Positions 41,159-50,914 of a DNA stretch of 64,000 nt are shown here, piece by piece. The first letter of the stretch is position 1; each line of letters begins with the position of its first letter. Under the pieces are notes generated by a model. It was not told the origin of the DNA. It ran no database searches and worked only from the letters and a program-made list of their open reading frames with translations. This stretch comes from an uncultured Candidatus Binatia bacterium (lineage in GTDB: Bacteria > Desulfobacterota > Binatia > UBA9968 > JAJDTQ01): the NCBI GenBank assembly GCA_964291295.2, contig OZ219754.1, forward strand, positions 3,072,001 through 3,136,000. Direction: 5' to 3'. Position numbers and translations under genes: made by a program.

Positions 41159-42055
41159 ATGATCGACGCACGAGCGCCCGCGGGATACAAGCCGCCGTGG
41201 CTCAAGGTCCGGCTGCCTTCCGGTGCCCGCTACAACCGCCTCAAGGAGAGCTTCCGGACCTTGAAGCTGCACACCGTGTGCGAAGAGGCCCGCTGCCCCA
41301 ACCTCGCCGAGTGCTGGCAGTCCGGCACCGCCACCCTCATGATCCTGGGGGACGTCTGCACCCGCGGGTGCCGTTTCTGCGCGGTCAGGACCGCCAGAGC
41401 CGGTACCCCGGTGGACGACGACGAGCCTCGCCGCGTGGCCGAGGCTCTGGCGCGCATGGATCTCCGCTACGTGGTTCTCACCTCCGTGGACCGCGACGAC
41501 CTGGCGGACGGCGGCGCCGGCATCTTCGCCGGGACCATCCAGGAGACCCGAAGGCGCTGTCCCGACCTGCTCATCGAGGCGCTGATCCCGGATTTCCGCG
41601 GCGACGTGCGCGCGCTCCGAAAAGTGGTGGACGCCGCCCCGCACGTCATCGGCCAGAACATCGAGACGGTGGAGCGCCTCACCCGCCCGGTTCGGGACGC
41701 GCGCTGCGGCTACGGGCAGACCCTGGACGTGCTGGCGAACGTCAAGACCCTGAACCCCCGCATCCATACCAAGAGCGCGATCCTGCTGGGCCTCGGAGAA
41801 ACGGCCGCGGAGGTGGCGGCCACCATGCGCGACCTGCGCGCCCGGAGCGTGGACATCCTTACCCTGGGCCAGTATCTACAACCCACCCCGAAACACCTGC
41901 CGGTTGCCGAGTTCCTGCATCCGGACCGCTTTCGCGAGTACGAGGAACAGGGCCGGAAGCTCGGCTTTCGTTACGTCGCCGCCGGTCCCATGGTGCGCAG
42001 TTCCTACCGCGCCGCGGAGTTCTTCGTGGAAAAGATGTGCGCCCCGCAGGGCTGA
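41159..42055 (+). CDS. lipA: Lipoyl synthase
   Basis: [33 protein letters not shown]. Confidence 0.97.
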   Translation: MIDARAPAGYKPPWLKVRLPSGARYNRLKESFRTLKLHTVCEEARCPNLAECWQSGTATLMILGDVCTRGCRFCAVRTARAGTPVDDDEPRRVAEALARMDLRYVVLTSVDRDDLADGGAGIFAGTIQETRRRCPDLLIEALIPDFRGDVRALRKVVDAAPHVIGQNIETVERLTRPVRDARCGYGQTLDVLANVKTLNPRIHTKSAILLGLGETAAEVAATMRDLRARSVDILTLGQYLQPTPKHLPVAEFLHPDRFREYEEQGRKLGFRYVAAGPMVRSSYRAAEFFVEKMCAPQG

Positions 42056-42134
42056 GACCGGCTGGCGCGCCGCCAGGGGCGCGGCGGCCAGCACGCCCTC
42101 ACGTGCGCGCGGCGCCTTCCGGCTCGCGGCAAGA

Positions 42135-43199
42135 TCAGCCGAGCCGGTCTCCGGCCAGCTTCGCGCCCTCCACGCGCGCGCGTATCTTGGCGAAGGCCGT
42201 GGCCCGGGCGGTGGAGGTGTCGTCGCCGAACGGCGCGAAGCCGCAGTCGTCGGTGCACCCGAGCCCGTCGGTGCCCAGTCGGGAGGCCGCTTCCAGGATC
42301 CGCTCGCAGACCTCCCGCGCGCTCTCGACCCGGGGATCGATGGGATCGGTGACGCCGATGAACACCCTCTGACCCGCACGCCGTTCCCGCGCGATGATGT
42401 CGAGAACGCGCGGCCGGTCCGCTTCACTGGCCATCTGGATGAAGAACCGGCCGGCCTTTATGGCGAACAGGTCGGGAAGCAGTTCGGCGTAATCGACGTC
42501 CGCGGAGTGGGTGGAGTCCTGGTCGCCCCCGGGACACGTGTGGACGCCGATGCGGCTGCGCTCCGCATCGGAGAACCGCCCGAGCACCGTGTTGTTGAGC
42601 TCCACGAAGTTTCGCAGCAGCCCGCGCGAGGGATCCAGCTTGCAGCACAGCCGCCCTTCGGTGAAATCCATCTGCACGCTGTCCGCGCCGGCCTCGAAGG
42701 CTGACCGGATGTCCTTCTCGCATTCGTTCACCAAGTCGGCGACAAAGACGTCACGCGGATAACCGTCGATGCCGTCCCGGGGATAGATCAGGCTGATGGC
42801 GGACGGCGCGATGACCGCCTGCTTCACCGGCCGGCGGGCATGCCTCCGAGCCGCGGCCACGTACGCTCCCGAATAGGTGGTGTACCGGAACGGTCCGGCG
42901 GTCAGGCGCGGCAACTGCCGCGTGTGGCCGTCTTCGAAAGGAATCAGGACTCCGTCCGGTGCGAGGGTGTCGAGACCCGCCAGCGGGTAGGTCGCGAAGC
43001 TCGGCTTCGACTGCTCTCCGTCGGTGACCACCGGCGAACCCGTCTCCTCCATGGCCGCCACGGTCTCCGCCACCGCCCGGTCCATGGCCTGGCTCAGATC
43101 GGCATCGTCAAGCCGGCCGGCACCGTGCGCGCGCATGGCCTCGACGAGCCAGCCGGGGCGCGGGATGCTGCCGATGGGTTCGGTCGGGATAGTCATCAT
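42135..43199 (-). CDS. Cobalamin-independent methionine synthase II family protein (MetE C-terminal-like)
   Basis: PIGSIPRP, TDGEQ, VHTCPG, DDCGF zinc ligands. Confidence 0.88.
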   Translation of the reverse strand: MMTIPTEPIGSIPRPGWLVEAMRAHGAGRLDDADLSQAMDRAVAETVAAMEETGSPVVTDGEQSKPSFATYPLAGLDTLAPDGVLIPFEDGHTRQLPRLTAGPFRYTTYSGAYVAAARRHARRPVKQAVIAPSAISLIYPRDGIDGYPRDVFVADLVNECEKDIRSAFEAGADSVQMDFTEGRLCCKLDPSRGLLRNFVELNNTVLGRFSDAERSRIGVHTCPGGDQDSTHSADVDYAELLPDLFAIKAGRFFIQMASEADRPRVLDIIARERRAGQRVFIGVTDPIDPRVESAREVCERILEAASRLGTDGLGCTDDCGFAPFGDDTSTARATAFAKIRARVEGAKLAGDRLG

Positions 43200-43624
43200 T
43201 TCCTCCCCGGATCGAATGGTGCGCCGACTCTACTGGATGTTCGCCGTGACGACAACCATGCAGCCGTCCCTGGAGCGGGTTTCCAGGCGCCAGGCCGCAG
43301 TCCCCGGCAAGACGGATCCGGCGCGCCTCGACAGCCCTGCAACCTGTCCGGCAGGCCGCCCCGACCCTTGCGTGATGGACGGCTGCCTGGGGTCGATCCA
43401 CATGACTCGGCAGACAGTTTGCTCTCATGAGGAGGTGCAAGTGTTCCAAGTGCAAGTGTTCTTCATGATTCTGCCTATATGTTATCCATATTTGCATAAA
43501 GTTATCCTTTTTTGGTGAATTCCGAGTGAATCCCGAGTGAATTTTCGCGAAACAGGCCGATAGTCTGTCTCGTCGCGGCATCAAGTATCTTGCCGTGGCA
43601 TCGAAACCACGGAAACCATCTGTC

Positions 43625-45177
43625 ATGGACGCCTCCGCGCAGAATCGCTTTTCAGGCCCGGTTGCCATTTTTCAGGAACGGCGCCTTCCCGTGACCGCGA
43701 CGCCGGCGGGCTACGCCGCGCTGATCGGGGCCTACCATCTCCCGGTGCCGCTTCCCCGGAATCTCAGTGCCATTGGTGAGCGGCACAGGCGCATGGCACA
43801 AGGCGGCTGGCGCATCTATTCGCCGCCCTACAGGCCGAACGCAACCCTGGAAGGCCATCTCACCTTCGCCCTGAAACATGAAGGGCTGGACCTCTGGCCG
43901 TCCTCAAGAGGCTCTTTGCCGCGGCCGGCCCCGACGCCATCGCCCATCTGGTCAGGGCCAGGCCCACGGGCGCCTACGCCCGGCGCATCTGGTTCCTCCA
44001 TGAATGGCTGACCGGCACGCGGCTTGACCTCCCGAACGCCCGTCGTGGAGCCTACGCGCCCGTCGTCGATCCGAACCAGCAATATGCCATCTCCGCGAAA
44101 ACCTCTTCGCGGCACCGGGTCAAGAACAATCTCCCCGGCACACCGGACTTCTGTCCGCTGGTGTTTCGCACCGAAGCGCTGGAGCGCTTCATCGCCAAAG
44201 ACCTGCGGACGCGCGCCCGGGAAGCCATTGCCGCCGTGCCGCGCGACCTGCTCGCGCGCACGGCGGCTTTCCTGCTTCTCAAGGATTCGAAATCGAGTTT
44301 CGCCATCGAGAGCGAACATCCGCCGCAGGATCGCATCCAGCGGTGGGCGCGCGCCATCGGTCAGGCCGGGCGGCAGTCCCTCGATCATGACGAACTGCTG
44401 CGGTTGCAACGCCTCGTGATCGGAGATACGCGCTTCGTCCGTCCCGGTCTGCGGACCGAGGGTGGCTTTGTCGGCCAACACGACCGTGAGCCGCGCATGC
44501 CCATACCCGACCACATCAGCGCGCGGCCGGATGATCTGGGACCTTTGCTGGAGGGCATGGCCGCTTTCGACCGGGGAGCCGCGCGTCAACTCGATCCCAT
44601 TGCAGCCGCATCGGTCCTGGCCTTCGGCTTTGTCTACATCCATCCTTTTGACGACGGCAATGGCCGGCTGCACCGTTACCTGATTCACCACGTGCTGGCC
44701 CAGTGCGGTTTCAACCCGCCGGGACTGGCCTTTCCGGTATCGGCGGCCATTCTGGACCGGATCGGAGACTACCGCGCCGCCCTCGAAGACTACTCGCAGC
44801 GGCTGCTGCCGGCGGTACGGTGGGAACCGACAGAACAAGGCAATGTCCGGGTGTTGAACGATACCGGAGATTTCTACCGGTATTTCGACGCCACGCCGCA
44901 AACCGAGTTCCTGTACGGCAGCGTGCAGCGGACCATCGAACTGGATTTGCCGCAGGAAGCCGTATTCCTGCGGCGCCATGACGCGTTTCGGCACCACCTG
45001 AACCTGATCGTGGATATGCCGGACCGCCTGTCGGATCTCCTTTTCCGGTTCCTCCACCAGAACGGCGGCACGCTTTCCCGCCGCGGACGGGAAACGGAAT
45101 TCGCCGCGCTGACGGACCACGAGGTCGCGCGTATCGAGGCCATTTACCGGGAAGAATTCGCCGGCCACCCTTGCTGA
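43625..45177 (+). pseudogene. Fic family protein, frameshifted by a 2-bp (CT) insertion at ~43892-43895
   Basis: N-terminal part ..HLTFALKHEGLDL resumes in another frame at 43897 as AVLKRLF..YARRIWFLHEWLTG..RHRVKNNLPG, open into ORF 44161..45177 with Fic motif HPFDDGNGRLHR. Confidence 0.85.
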
Positions 45178-45434
45178 ACGCGAACGGAGGTCATCCCGCG
45201 AAAGCAGAGCGCCGCGGCGGCTGTCGCCGGCGCGGAACAGGCTTGCGCGAACAGGCCGGGTGCAAAGGCGCTCCTGTCGACGAACCTGACAAGCGGGCGG
45301 CGGGCCGAACCCGCGGCGCCCTTCCGCGGCGCCGTTCATCCCGGTGGCCGGCCCGGTGCGAGGAACGCCGCCGCCTTGACATCCCGCCGGAGTGCGTGCA
45401 GGTAAATGGAAAACCGCGCAGGAAAGGAATACGC

Positions 45435-46373
45435 ATGAGCACCCTGATAACCGGCATCGGTCTGGTAGGCACCGCCTTCGCGCAACGCGCCCTCCAACGG
45501 GGCGAGAAGATCATATTCTTCGACATGGCACCCCGGATGGACTTCCTGGAGCGGAAGCTGGGGAAAACCGACGTCACCGTCCTCAAACGGGACATCCGCG
45601 ACCTGCCCGCGCTGATCGACGCCATGCAGACCCACAAGGTGGAGACCGTGCTGCATACCGCCGGCCTCATCGGCGGCGCGGTGGCCGATCCCGTCTACAG
45701 CGGCCTTCAGATCAATGTCATGGGCACGGTGAACGTGGCCGAGGCCGTGCGCCTCACAGGCGTCCGGCGGCTGATCCAGATCAGTACCATGGGCGTGTAC
45801 AACCGCCGCATGGAGGGCGCCCACCCCATCGGCGAGGGTTTCGTCCGGGGCGACGGCAACGCCTACGGCAACTCCAAGGTCGCCAAGGAGCTCATGGTGG
45901 AGGCCTACCAGCGGCTCTACGGGTTCGAACTCCTGGTGCTGCGGCTGGCCAACGTGTTCGGCTTCGGCCACTTTGCCGGCGGCTCCGCCGGCGGCGAGAT
46001 GCTCCAGAACCTGGTGGAGGCCGGCATTCGGGGCGGCGTGGCCCACATTCCGCGGGAGTCCGCGCGGGATTTCGAGTACGTCTACTTCAAGGATGTGGGG
46101 CGGGCCATCGAACTCGCCGCCACCGTTCCCGCCCCGGCTGAGACCACCTTCAACATCGGCACCGGAGTGGTCCTCAAATTCGACGATCTGGTGACCCTGG
46201 TCCAGGGGCTCCTGCCGAACCTGGAGGTGGAGATCATTCCCGGCAAGCCGCCGCGGTCCTCGAAGCAGCCCATGGTCATCGACCGGGCCAGGGAGATGCT
46301 GGGCTGGGAGCCCGAATTCAGCGTCGAAGCCGGCTTCAAGGACTACATCGAAGACTTCAGATCGGCTCCGTGA
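45435..46373 (+). CDS. NAD-dependent epimerase/dehydratase (extended SDR)
   Basis: LITGIGLVG, HTAG, YGNSK (YxxxK); AAGGA RBS. Confidence 0.9.
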   Translation: MSTLITGIGLVGTAFAQRALQRGEKIIFFDMAPRMDFLERKLGKTDVTVLKRDIRDLPALIDAMQTHKVETVLHTAGLIGGAVADPVYSGLQINVMGTVNVAEAVRLTGVRRLIQISTMGVYNRRMEGAHPIGEGFVRGDGNAYGNSKVAKELMVEAYQRLYGFELLVLRLANVFGFGHFAGGSAGGEMLQNLVEAGIRGGVAHIPRESARDFEYVYFKDVGRAIELAATVPAPAETTFNIGTGVVLKFDDLVTLVQGLLPNLEVEIIPGKPPRSSKQPMVIDRAREMLGWEPEFSVEAGFKDYIEDFRSAP

Positions 46374-46470
46374 ACTGACGCCTCGTCCGGGCGGAGAGCC
46401 CGCCACACCTTGACGGGCGCTTCCGGAGCGGCTAATGAACCTCTTCCACGGGCGGCCTTTCCGGCCGCCC

Positions 46471-46640
46471 GGTTCTCGGGTCCCTCACGGGATAAAAGGG
46501 AAACCGGTTGAAATCCGGTGCGGTCCCGCCACTGTGAATGGGAAGGCTTGCCTGAAGCCACTGTTCCCCACCGGGAATGGGAAGGCGGCAAGCCGGTCGA
46601 TGACGACCGGCCCATGAGCCAGGAGACCTGCCCGAGAATC
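46471..46640 (+). ncRNA. Cobalamin riboswitch upstream of tonB
   Basis: P1 GGTTCTCGGG/CCCGAGAATC, AAAAGGGAA, CCGGTTGAAATCCGG, CCCGCCACTGT, GCCACTG..GGGAAGGC, B12 box GAGCCAGGAGACCTGC; TTGACG-17-TAATGA upstream. Confidence 0.93.
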
Positions 46641-46759
46641 CACCGCAACCATGCTCTCCGAGGAGAGAGGAGGTGTCGCCATCCGCACTTGTACCCTGAA
46701 CGCTCCCGTTCCCGCCCGGTCGAAGCGGCACTGACCTGCGGCCGCCTGCAGCGAACGGG

Positions 46760-47503
46760 ATGCGCCGGCTTCTCTACTGCCTGTTGGGCTCGACGCTGAT
46801 CCACGGTCTGCTCCTGTGGGTACCTTTTCCCATGCGCGCCGGCGGCGAGGACGAGAGCGCTCTTCGGCCGTTGCGGATACGACTGGTGACGGCACCCCGC
46901 GCCGAGCCGGACCGCCGCGTTTCCCGACAGTCCCGACAATCCCGGCAGCACCGTGGAGTGCGGACGGCGGTACCTGCCAAGGCGCGGAAGTCCCCGCCGG
47001 CAAGGAAGCGGCCGGAAACGCCGGCCCGCCCCCGGATGGCGGTCGTGCCGGCACCACCGGAACCTGCCGCCACCACACCGGTTCGAGTCCGCCCGCTGGT
47101 GCAGGAGCCGGGGAAACGGCAGCCAGCCGGCCGTGACGGGAGCGTTGCGGAGAGAACGCATCGCGCCCGCGCCATCGCCCCCGACAAGCCCGCGGACCGG
47201 GGCATCGAGGCCAGCGCCGGTTTCAATCCGGTCCGCTATGCACGGACCGTGAAGCCCCGCTACCCCGCCACGGCACGACGGGCCGGATGGCAGGGCACCA
47301 CCGTTCTCAAGGTACGGGTGGACAGCCAGGGTGCGCCGGACCGGGTCACGGTGGATCGGACTTCCGGCTTCGACATCCTTGATGCGGCGGCCGTCAAGGC
47401 CATGGGACGCTGGAGATTTCATCCGGCGCGCCGCGGCAACCACCGCGTGGCCGCTTGGGTCCGGATCCCGGTGACATTCAAACTGAAGGAGGACAAGCGC
47501 TAG
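46760..47503 (+). CDS. tonB: Energy transducer TonB
   Basis: N-terminal TM with SxxxH, Pro-rich linker, PRYP..ARRAGWQG..SGFDILDAAA..WRFHPA..IPVTF. Confidence 0.9.
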   Translation: MRRLLYCLLGSTLIHGLLLWVPFPMRAGGEDESALRPLRIRLVTAPRAEPDRRVSRQSRQSRQHRGVRTAVPAKARKSPPARKRPETPARPRMAVVPAPPEPAATTPVRVRPLVQEPGKRQPAGRDGSVAERTHRARAIAPDKPADRGIEASAGFNPVRYARTVKPRYPATARRAGWQGTTVLKVRVDSQGAPDRVTVDRTSGFDILDAAAVKAMGRWRFHPARRGNHRVAAWVRIPVTFKLKEDKR

Positions 47504-47538
47504 CAAACCGATTGCGAGTCACCAGCAAACGACAAACT

Positions 47539-47711
47539 GAAGGCGGACGCCAGGGAAAGGGGTGAGAATCCCCTGCTGCCCCGCAACTGTAACGGCGACG
47601 AAAACCGCAACACGAGCCACTGCCCCTGCGACGGGCGGGAAGGCGCGGCGAGTAGGCCGGCAGCATCCAAGGACTGCCAGAAAGCCCAAGCCAGGAGACC
47701 TGTCCGTCTTC
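47539..47711 (+). ncRNA. Second cobalamin riboswitch upstream of btuB-like receptor
   Basis: P1 GAAGGCGGAC/GTCCGTCTTC, AGGGAA, GGGGTGAGAATCCCC, GCCCCGCAACTGT, GCCACTG..GGGAAGGC, AAGCCAGGAGACCTG. Confidence 0.9.
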
Positions 47712-47747
47712 CACAGCAATCCGCTTTCGCGGGAAAGGAAGATTGCC

Positions 47748-49682
47748 ATGAAGTTTCTGTTCCCGGGTGTTGTCACCCTTCTCGTCCTTGTCGTCCTTCT
47801 GACCGTTCAACCCGGCGCCGCGCAGTCCCTGGGAGACGACCCGCGGAAGACTCCGGCTGCCGCCAACGACATCCGGCAGCTTCCCGAAATCGTGGTGTCG
47901 GCCAGCCGCGTACCGCTGGAAGCCAAGGCCGTGGGCAGCGCGGTCACGGTCATCACCGCGGAGGAGATCGAGCGCAGGCAGATCCGCGTCGTATCCGACC
48001 TGTTGCGCCAGGTCCCGGGGTTGGCGGTACACCGTTCCGGCCCCGTCGGCACCCTCACCGCCGTGCGAATCCGCGGCGCCGAAAGCCGCCATACCCTGGT
48101 CGTCATCGACGGCATGAAGGCCAACGACCCGAGCAACACGGGAGCCACGTTCAACTTCGCGAACCTGCTCGCCGCGAACATCGAACGCGTCGAGATCCTG
48201 CGCGGACCGCAGAGCGGCCTCTACGGCAGCGACGCCATCGGCGGCGTGATCAACATCATCACGAAACGGGGGCGAGGGCCGTCGAAGGCGAGTCTGGCCG
48301 TCGAGGGCGGTTCATTCCGAACCGGCAATGTCTCCGCCGGTCTGAGCGGCGGCGGCGACCGCTACCACTACTCCGTGAACGCCGCCGGCTTCAGAACAGC
48401 CGGGATATCCATCGCCGCGGGTGGCGAGAAGGACGGCTACCGGAATCAGACCTACGGTGCCAGACTCGGGTTCGAACCACTCGGACGGCTGGAAATGGAG
48501 TTGTCCGGCCGTTACGTCAAGGACGACGTGGAAACGGACAACGTACCGACGGACAGCAGCGACGAGACCGCCTCGGACCACGCCATGGGCCGCATCCGAC
48601 TCGCCTACAGCCTTTTCGATGGCACATGGAAGCATGCGCTGGAGGCCGCCATGGACCGCACCCGCCGCACCTTCGTTAGCCAGCAGTCGGGAACGTTCCG
48701 GTACGACGGCAGGAAGTCGCGCTTCGGCTACGAGACGAGCCTCTCCTTCGAGACTTCCGCCGTGACCGAGGCCGCGCACACCATCGTCCTGGCCACCGAG
48801 CGGGGGAAGGACACCCGGACATCCGGCGGAACCAGCGACAACGCCACCCACCACGGCTACTCCGGCGAATACCAGCTGGGACTCGCAGACCGGCTCTTTC
48901 TTTCCGGCGGCCTTCGCTACGACGACAACCAACGCTTCAAGGACACGGCCACATTCCGGTTGACGGCGGCCTATGTGTTCGACGGTCTCAGAACGCGCCT
49001 GCACGGCAGCTACGGCACGGGGATCAAGAACCCCACCCTGTCGCAACTGTTCCAGCAGTTCGGCCGCGTCGGACCGAATCCCGACGTCGAGCCGGAGGAA
49101 AGCAGGGGATGGGACATCGGTATCGAGCAGGAACTGGCCGGCGGGCGGCTTGCCGTGGACGCGACCTATTTCGACAACCGTCTCGAGAATCTGATCCATT
49201 GGAACGACGCCGGCACTCCCTGGTCCGTGAACCCCGACGACGACTTCTACGACAACCTGGACGGGACATCGCGAATCCGCGGGCTGGAGCTTGCCCTGAG
49301 GGGCGAACCGGCGGCGGGGTTCAGTCTGTCCGCTCACTACACCTACACCGACGCAAAGGATCCGGACGGCAAACGGCTGCCGCGGCGCGCCCGGCACGTG
49401 GCGAGCGTGAACCTCGGTTACCAATGGCTCGACAGCAGGGCCAACGTCGACCTCGGCGTCGACTACAACGGCGAGCAACCGAACCGGATAACCGATCCCG
49501 TGATGCTGCACGACTTCACCCTGGTCCGCCTCGCGGCCGCCTACAGGATCACCCGGCAAGTCGAACTCTTCGGACGGATCGAAAATCTCCTGAACGCGGA
49601 CTACGAGGAAGTACCCGACTACCAGACCACGGGCATCGGCTTCTTCGCCGGCATCCGGGGCACGCTGGAACTGCTGCCGTGA
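47748..49682 (+). CDS. btuB: TonB-dependent receptor, BtuB-like vitamin B12 transporter
   Basis: Signal peptide, TonB box IVVSASR, IERVEILRGPQSGLYGSDAIGGVINIIT, IENLLNADY; preceded by a cobalamin riboswitch. Confidence 0.88.
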   Translation: MKFLFPGVVTLLVLVVLLTVQPGAAQSLGDDPRKTPAAANDIRQLPEIVVSASRVPLEAKAVGSAVTVITAEEIERRQIRVVSDLLRQVPGLAVHRSGPVGTLTAVRIRGAESRHTLVVIDGMKANDPSNTGATFNFANLLAANIERVEILRGPQSGLYGSDAIGGVINIITKRGRGPSKASLAVEGGSFRTGNVSAGLSGGGDRYHYSVNAAGFRTAGISIAAGGEKDGYRNQTYGARLGFEPLGRLEMELSGRYVKDDVETDNVPTDSSDETASDHAMGRIRLAYSLFDGTWKHALEAAMDRTRRTFVSQQSGTFRYDGRKSRFGYETSLSFETSAVTEAAHTIVLATERGKDTRTSGGTSDNATHHGYSGEYQLGLADRLFLSGGLRYDDNQRFKDTATFRLTAAYVFDGLRTRLHGSYGTGIKNPTLSQLFQQFGRVGPNPDVEPEESRGWDIGIEQELAGGRLAVDATYFDNRLENLIHWNDAGTPWSVNPDDDFYDNLDGTSRIRGLELALRGEPAAGFSLSAHYTYTDAKDPDGKRLPRRARHVASVNLGYQWLDSRANVDLGVDYNGEQPNRITDPVMLHDFTLVRLAAAYRITRQVELFGRIENLLNADYEEVPDYQTTGIGFFAGIRGTLELLP

Positions 49683-50134
49683 AACCCGGGCCCGGCAACG
49701 TCCCTCCACCGCCAGGGAGCGGCGCACTGGCCGCTCCCTGGCGCGCACGAGGCCGCGGCCGGTGATACGGAACTCGGGGAGCGTGACGGGATTGCGGTAC
49801 CGGCTCGCGAAGTACCGGGTCACGGGACACCGGGTTGTTTGAGGGTATCCTCTTTTCAGGGTATCTTTCCGGTGCGCCGGACACCGGCCTGCGGTCGGCA
49901 CCATGAACGACACACCTTGCGGACCTGCTCCGACCTCCCTTCACCGGAGCGCCGGCCCGGCTGCGGTGCGGGCGGCCGCGGGAAGACGCCCTCGGCCGCC
50001 GCCATGCCCCCCCGGGGCCGGACACGAGGAGGCGGCCGGTTCCCGACATCCCGCACCGGGTGGCGCCACCCGATGCCCCTGCGCGGAGGGATGGCAGGCG
50101 GATTCGGAGCCCGGCGATGCCGGTCAAGGCTAAT

Positions 50135-50229
50135 GGAGAAGGAAGGTGCCCGGTGGCGCCGCTGGTCTTCAAAACCAGTCTGAGGGCCGTAAGGTTCTCG
50201 GAGGGTTCGACTCCCTCCCTTCTCCGCCA
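50135..50229 (+). tRNA. selC: tRNA-Sec(TCA)
   Basis: 95 nt; 8-bp acceptor stem GGAGAAGG/CCTTCTCC; GCTGGT-CTTCAAA-ACCAGT anticodon arm; long variable arm; GGTTCGACTCC; GCCA end. Confidence 0.95.
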
Positions 50230-50395
50230 GCCAAGGCACCCGGACCCGGAAGGCTTGGTGCTCAGCGCCGCGGAGTCCCGTGACGCGCCAAGGCCGGCGG
50301 ACCGGAGCAGACCGTCCCGGCGGCCAGTCCCGGCAGGAGACAGGCCGGCCGCGCGCCTCGCTGCCATCCGAAGCGCATCCTGCGGCGCAAGGCTT

Positions 50396-50914
50396 CTAGA
50401 GCGGCGGAATGAAGGCCCCGAACAGAACCCCGGCGAAAAGATCGACGGCGAGGATTTCCTCGAAGATGAAGTAGAAGAAACCCAGCGCCAGGGCGGTGAT
50501 GAAAGTCGAACCGGGCCAGCCGATGCGGCCCTGGTAACGGGTGAAGAAGACCGCGAACAGAAAAGTCGACAAGTAGAATCCGCACAGGAACACCAGCAGC
50601 CCGAACGCGCCGAACCACACGAACATGCGGACGATGAGGCCCAACTCGCCGGCCCGGGGGCCGTGCCCGGCCTCCGCCGTTTCGTCGCCTGCGGTCCCGG
50701 CGGCGTTGGAGAGAACGTCCTCAAGACTGACCTCGAACGCGCTCAGGATGGCTGGCCAGCGCTCCCCGGCCAGGCACAGCGCCGCCAGCACCACGGTGGG
50801 AAACGCCAGCACCAGGGGAACGAAGCCGGCCATGCCCCCGTAGGAGAACGACCAAGTGAAGAACAGCAGCGCGGTGGCCACCAGGATCACACCCAGGAGC
50901 ACCGACCCCTTCAT
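50396..50914 (-). CDS. tctB: Tripartite tricarboxylate transporter TctB family
   Basis: Four to five TM segments, LCGFYLS; overlaps tctA stop. Confidence 0.8.
   Translation of the reverse strand: MKGSVLLGVILVATALLFFTWSFSYGGMAGFVPLVLAFPTVVLAALCLAGERWPAILSAFEVSLEDVLSNAAGTAGDETAEAGHGPRAGELGLIVRMFVWFGAFGLLVFLCGFYLSTFLFAVFFTRYQGRIGWPGSTFITALALGFFYFIFEEILAVDLFAGVLFGAFIPPL

Noticed and set aside
43480-43513. oriC or dif site in the AT-rich patch (TTATCCATA, TTATCCTTT)
   Set aside because: Only one 8/9 DnaA-box match, no box cluster, no dnaA context, and no good XerC/XerD arms.
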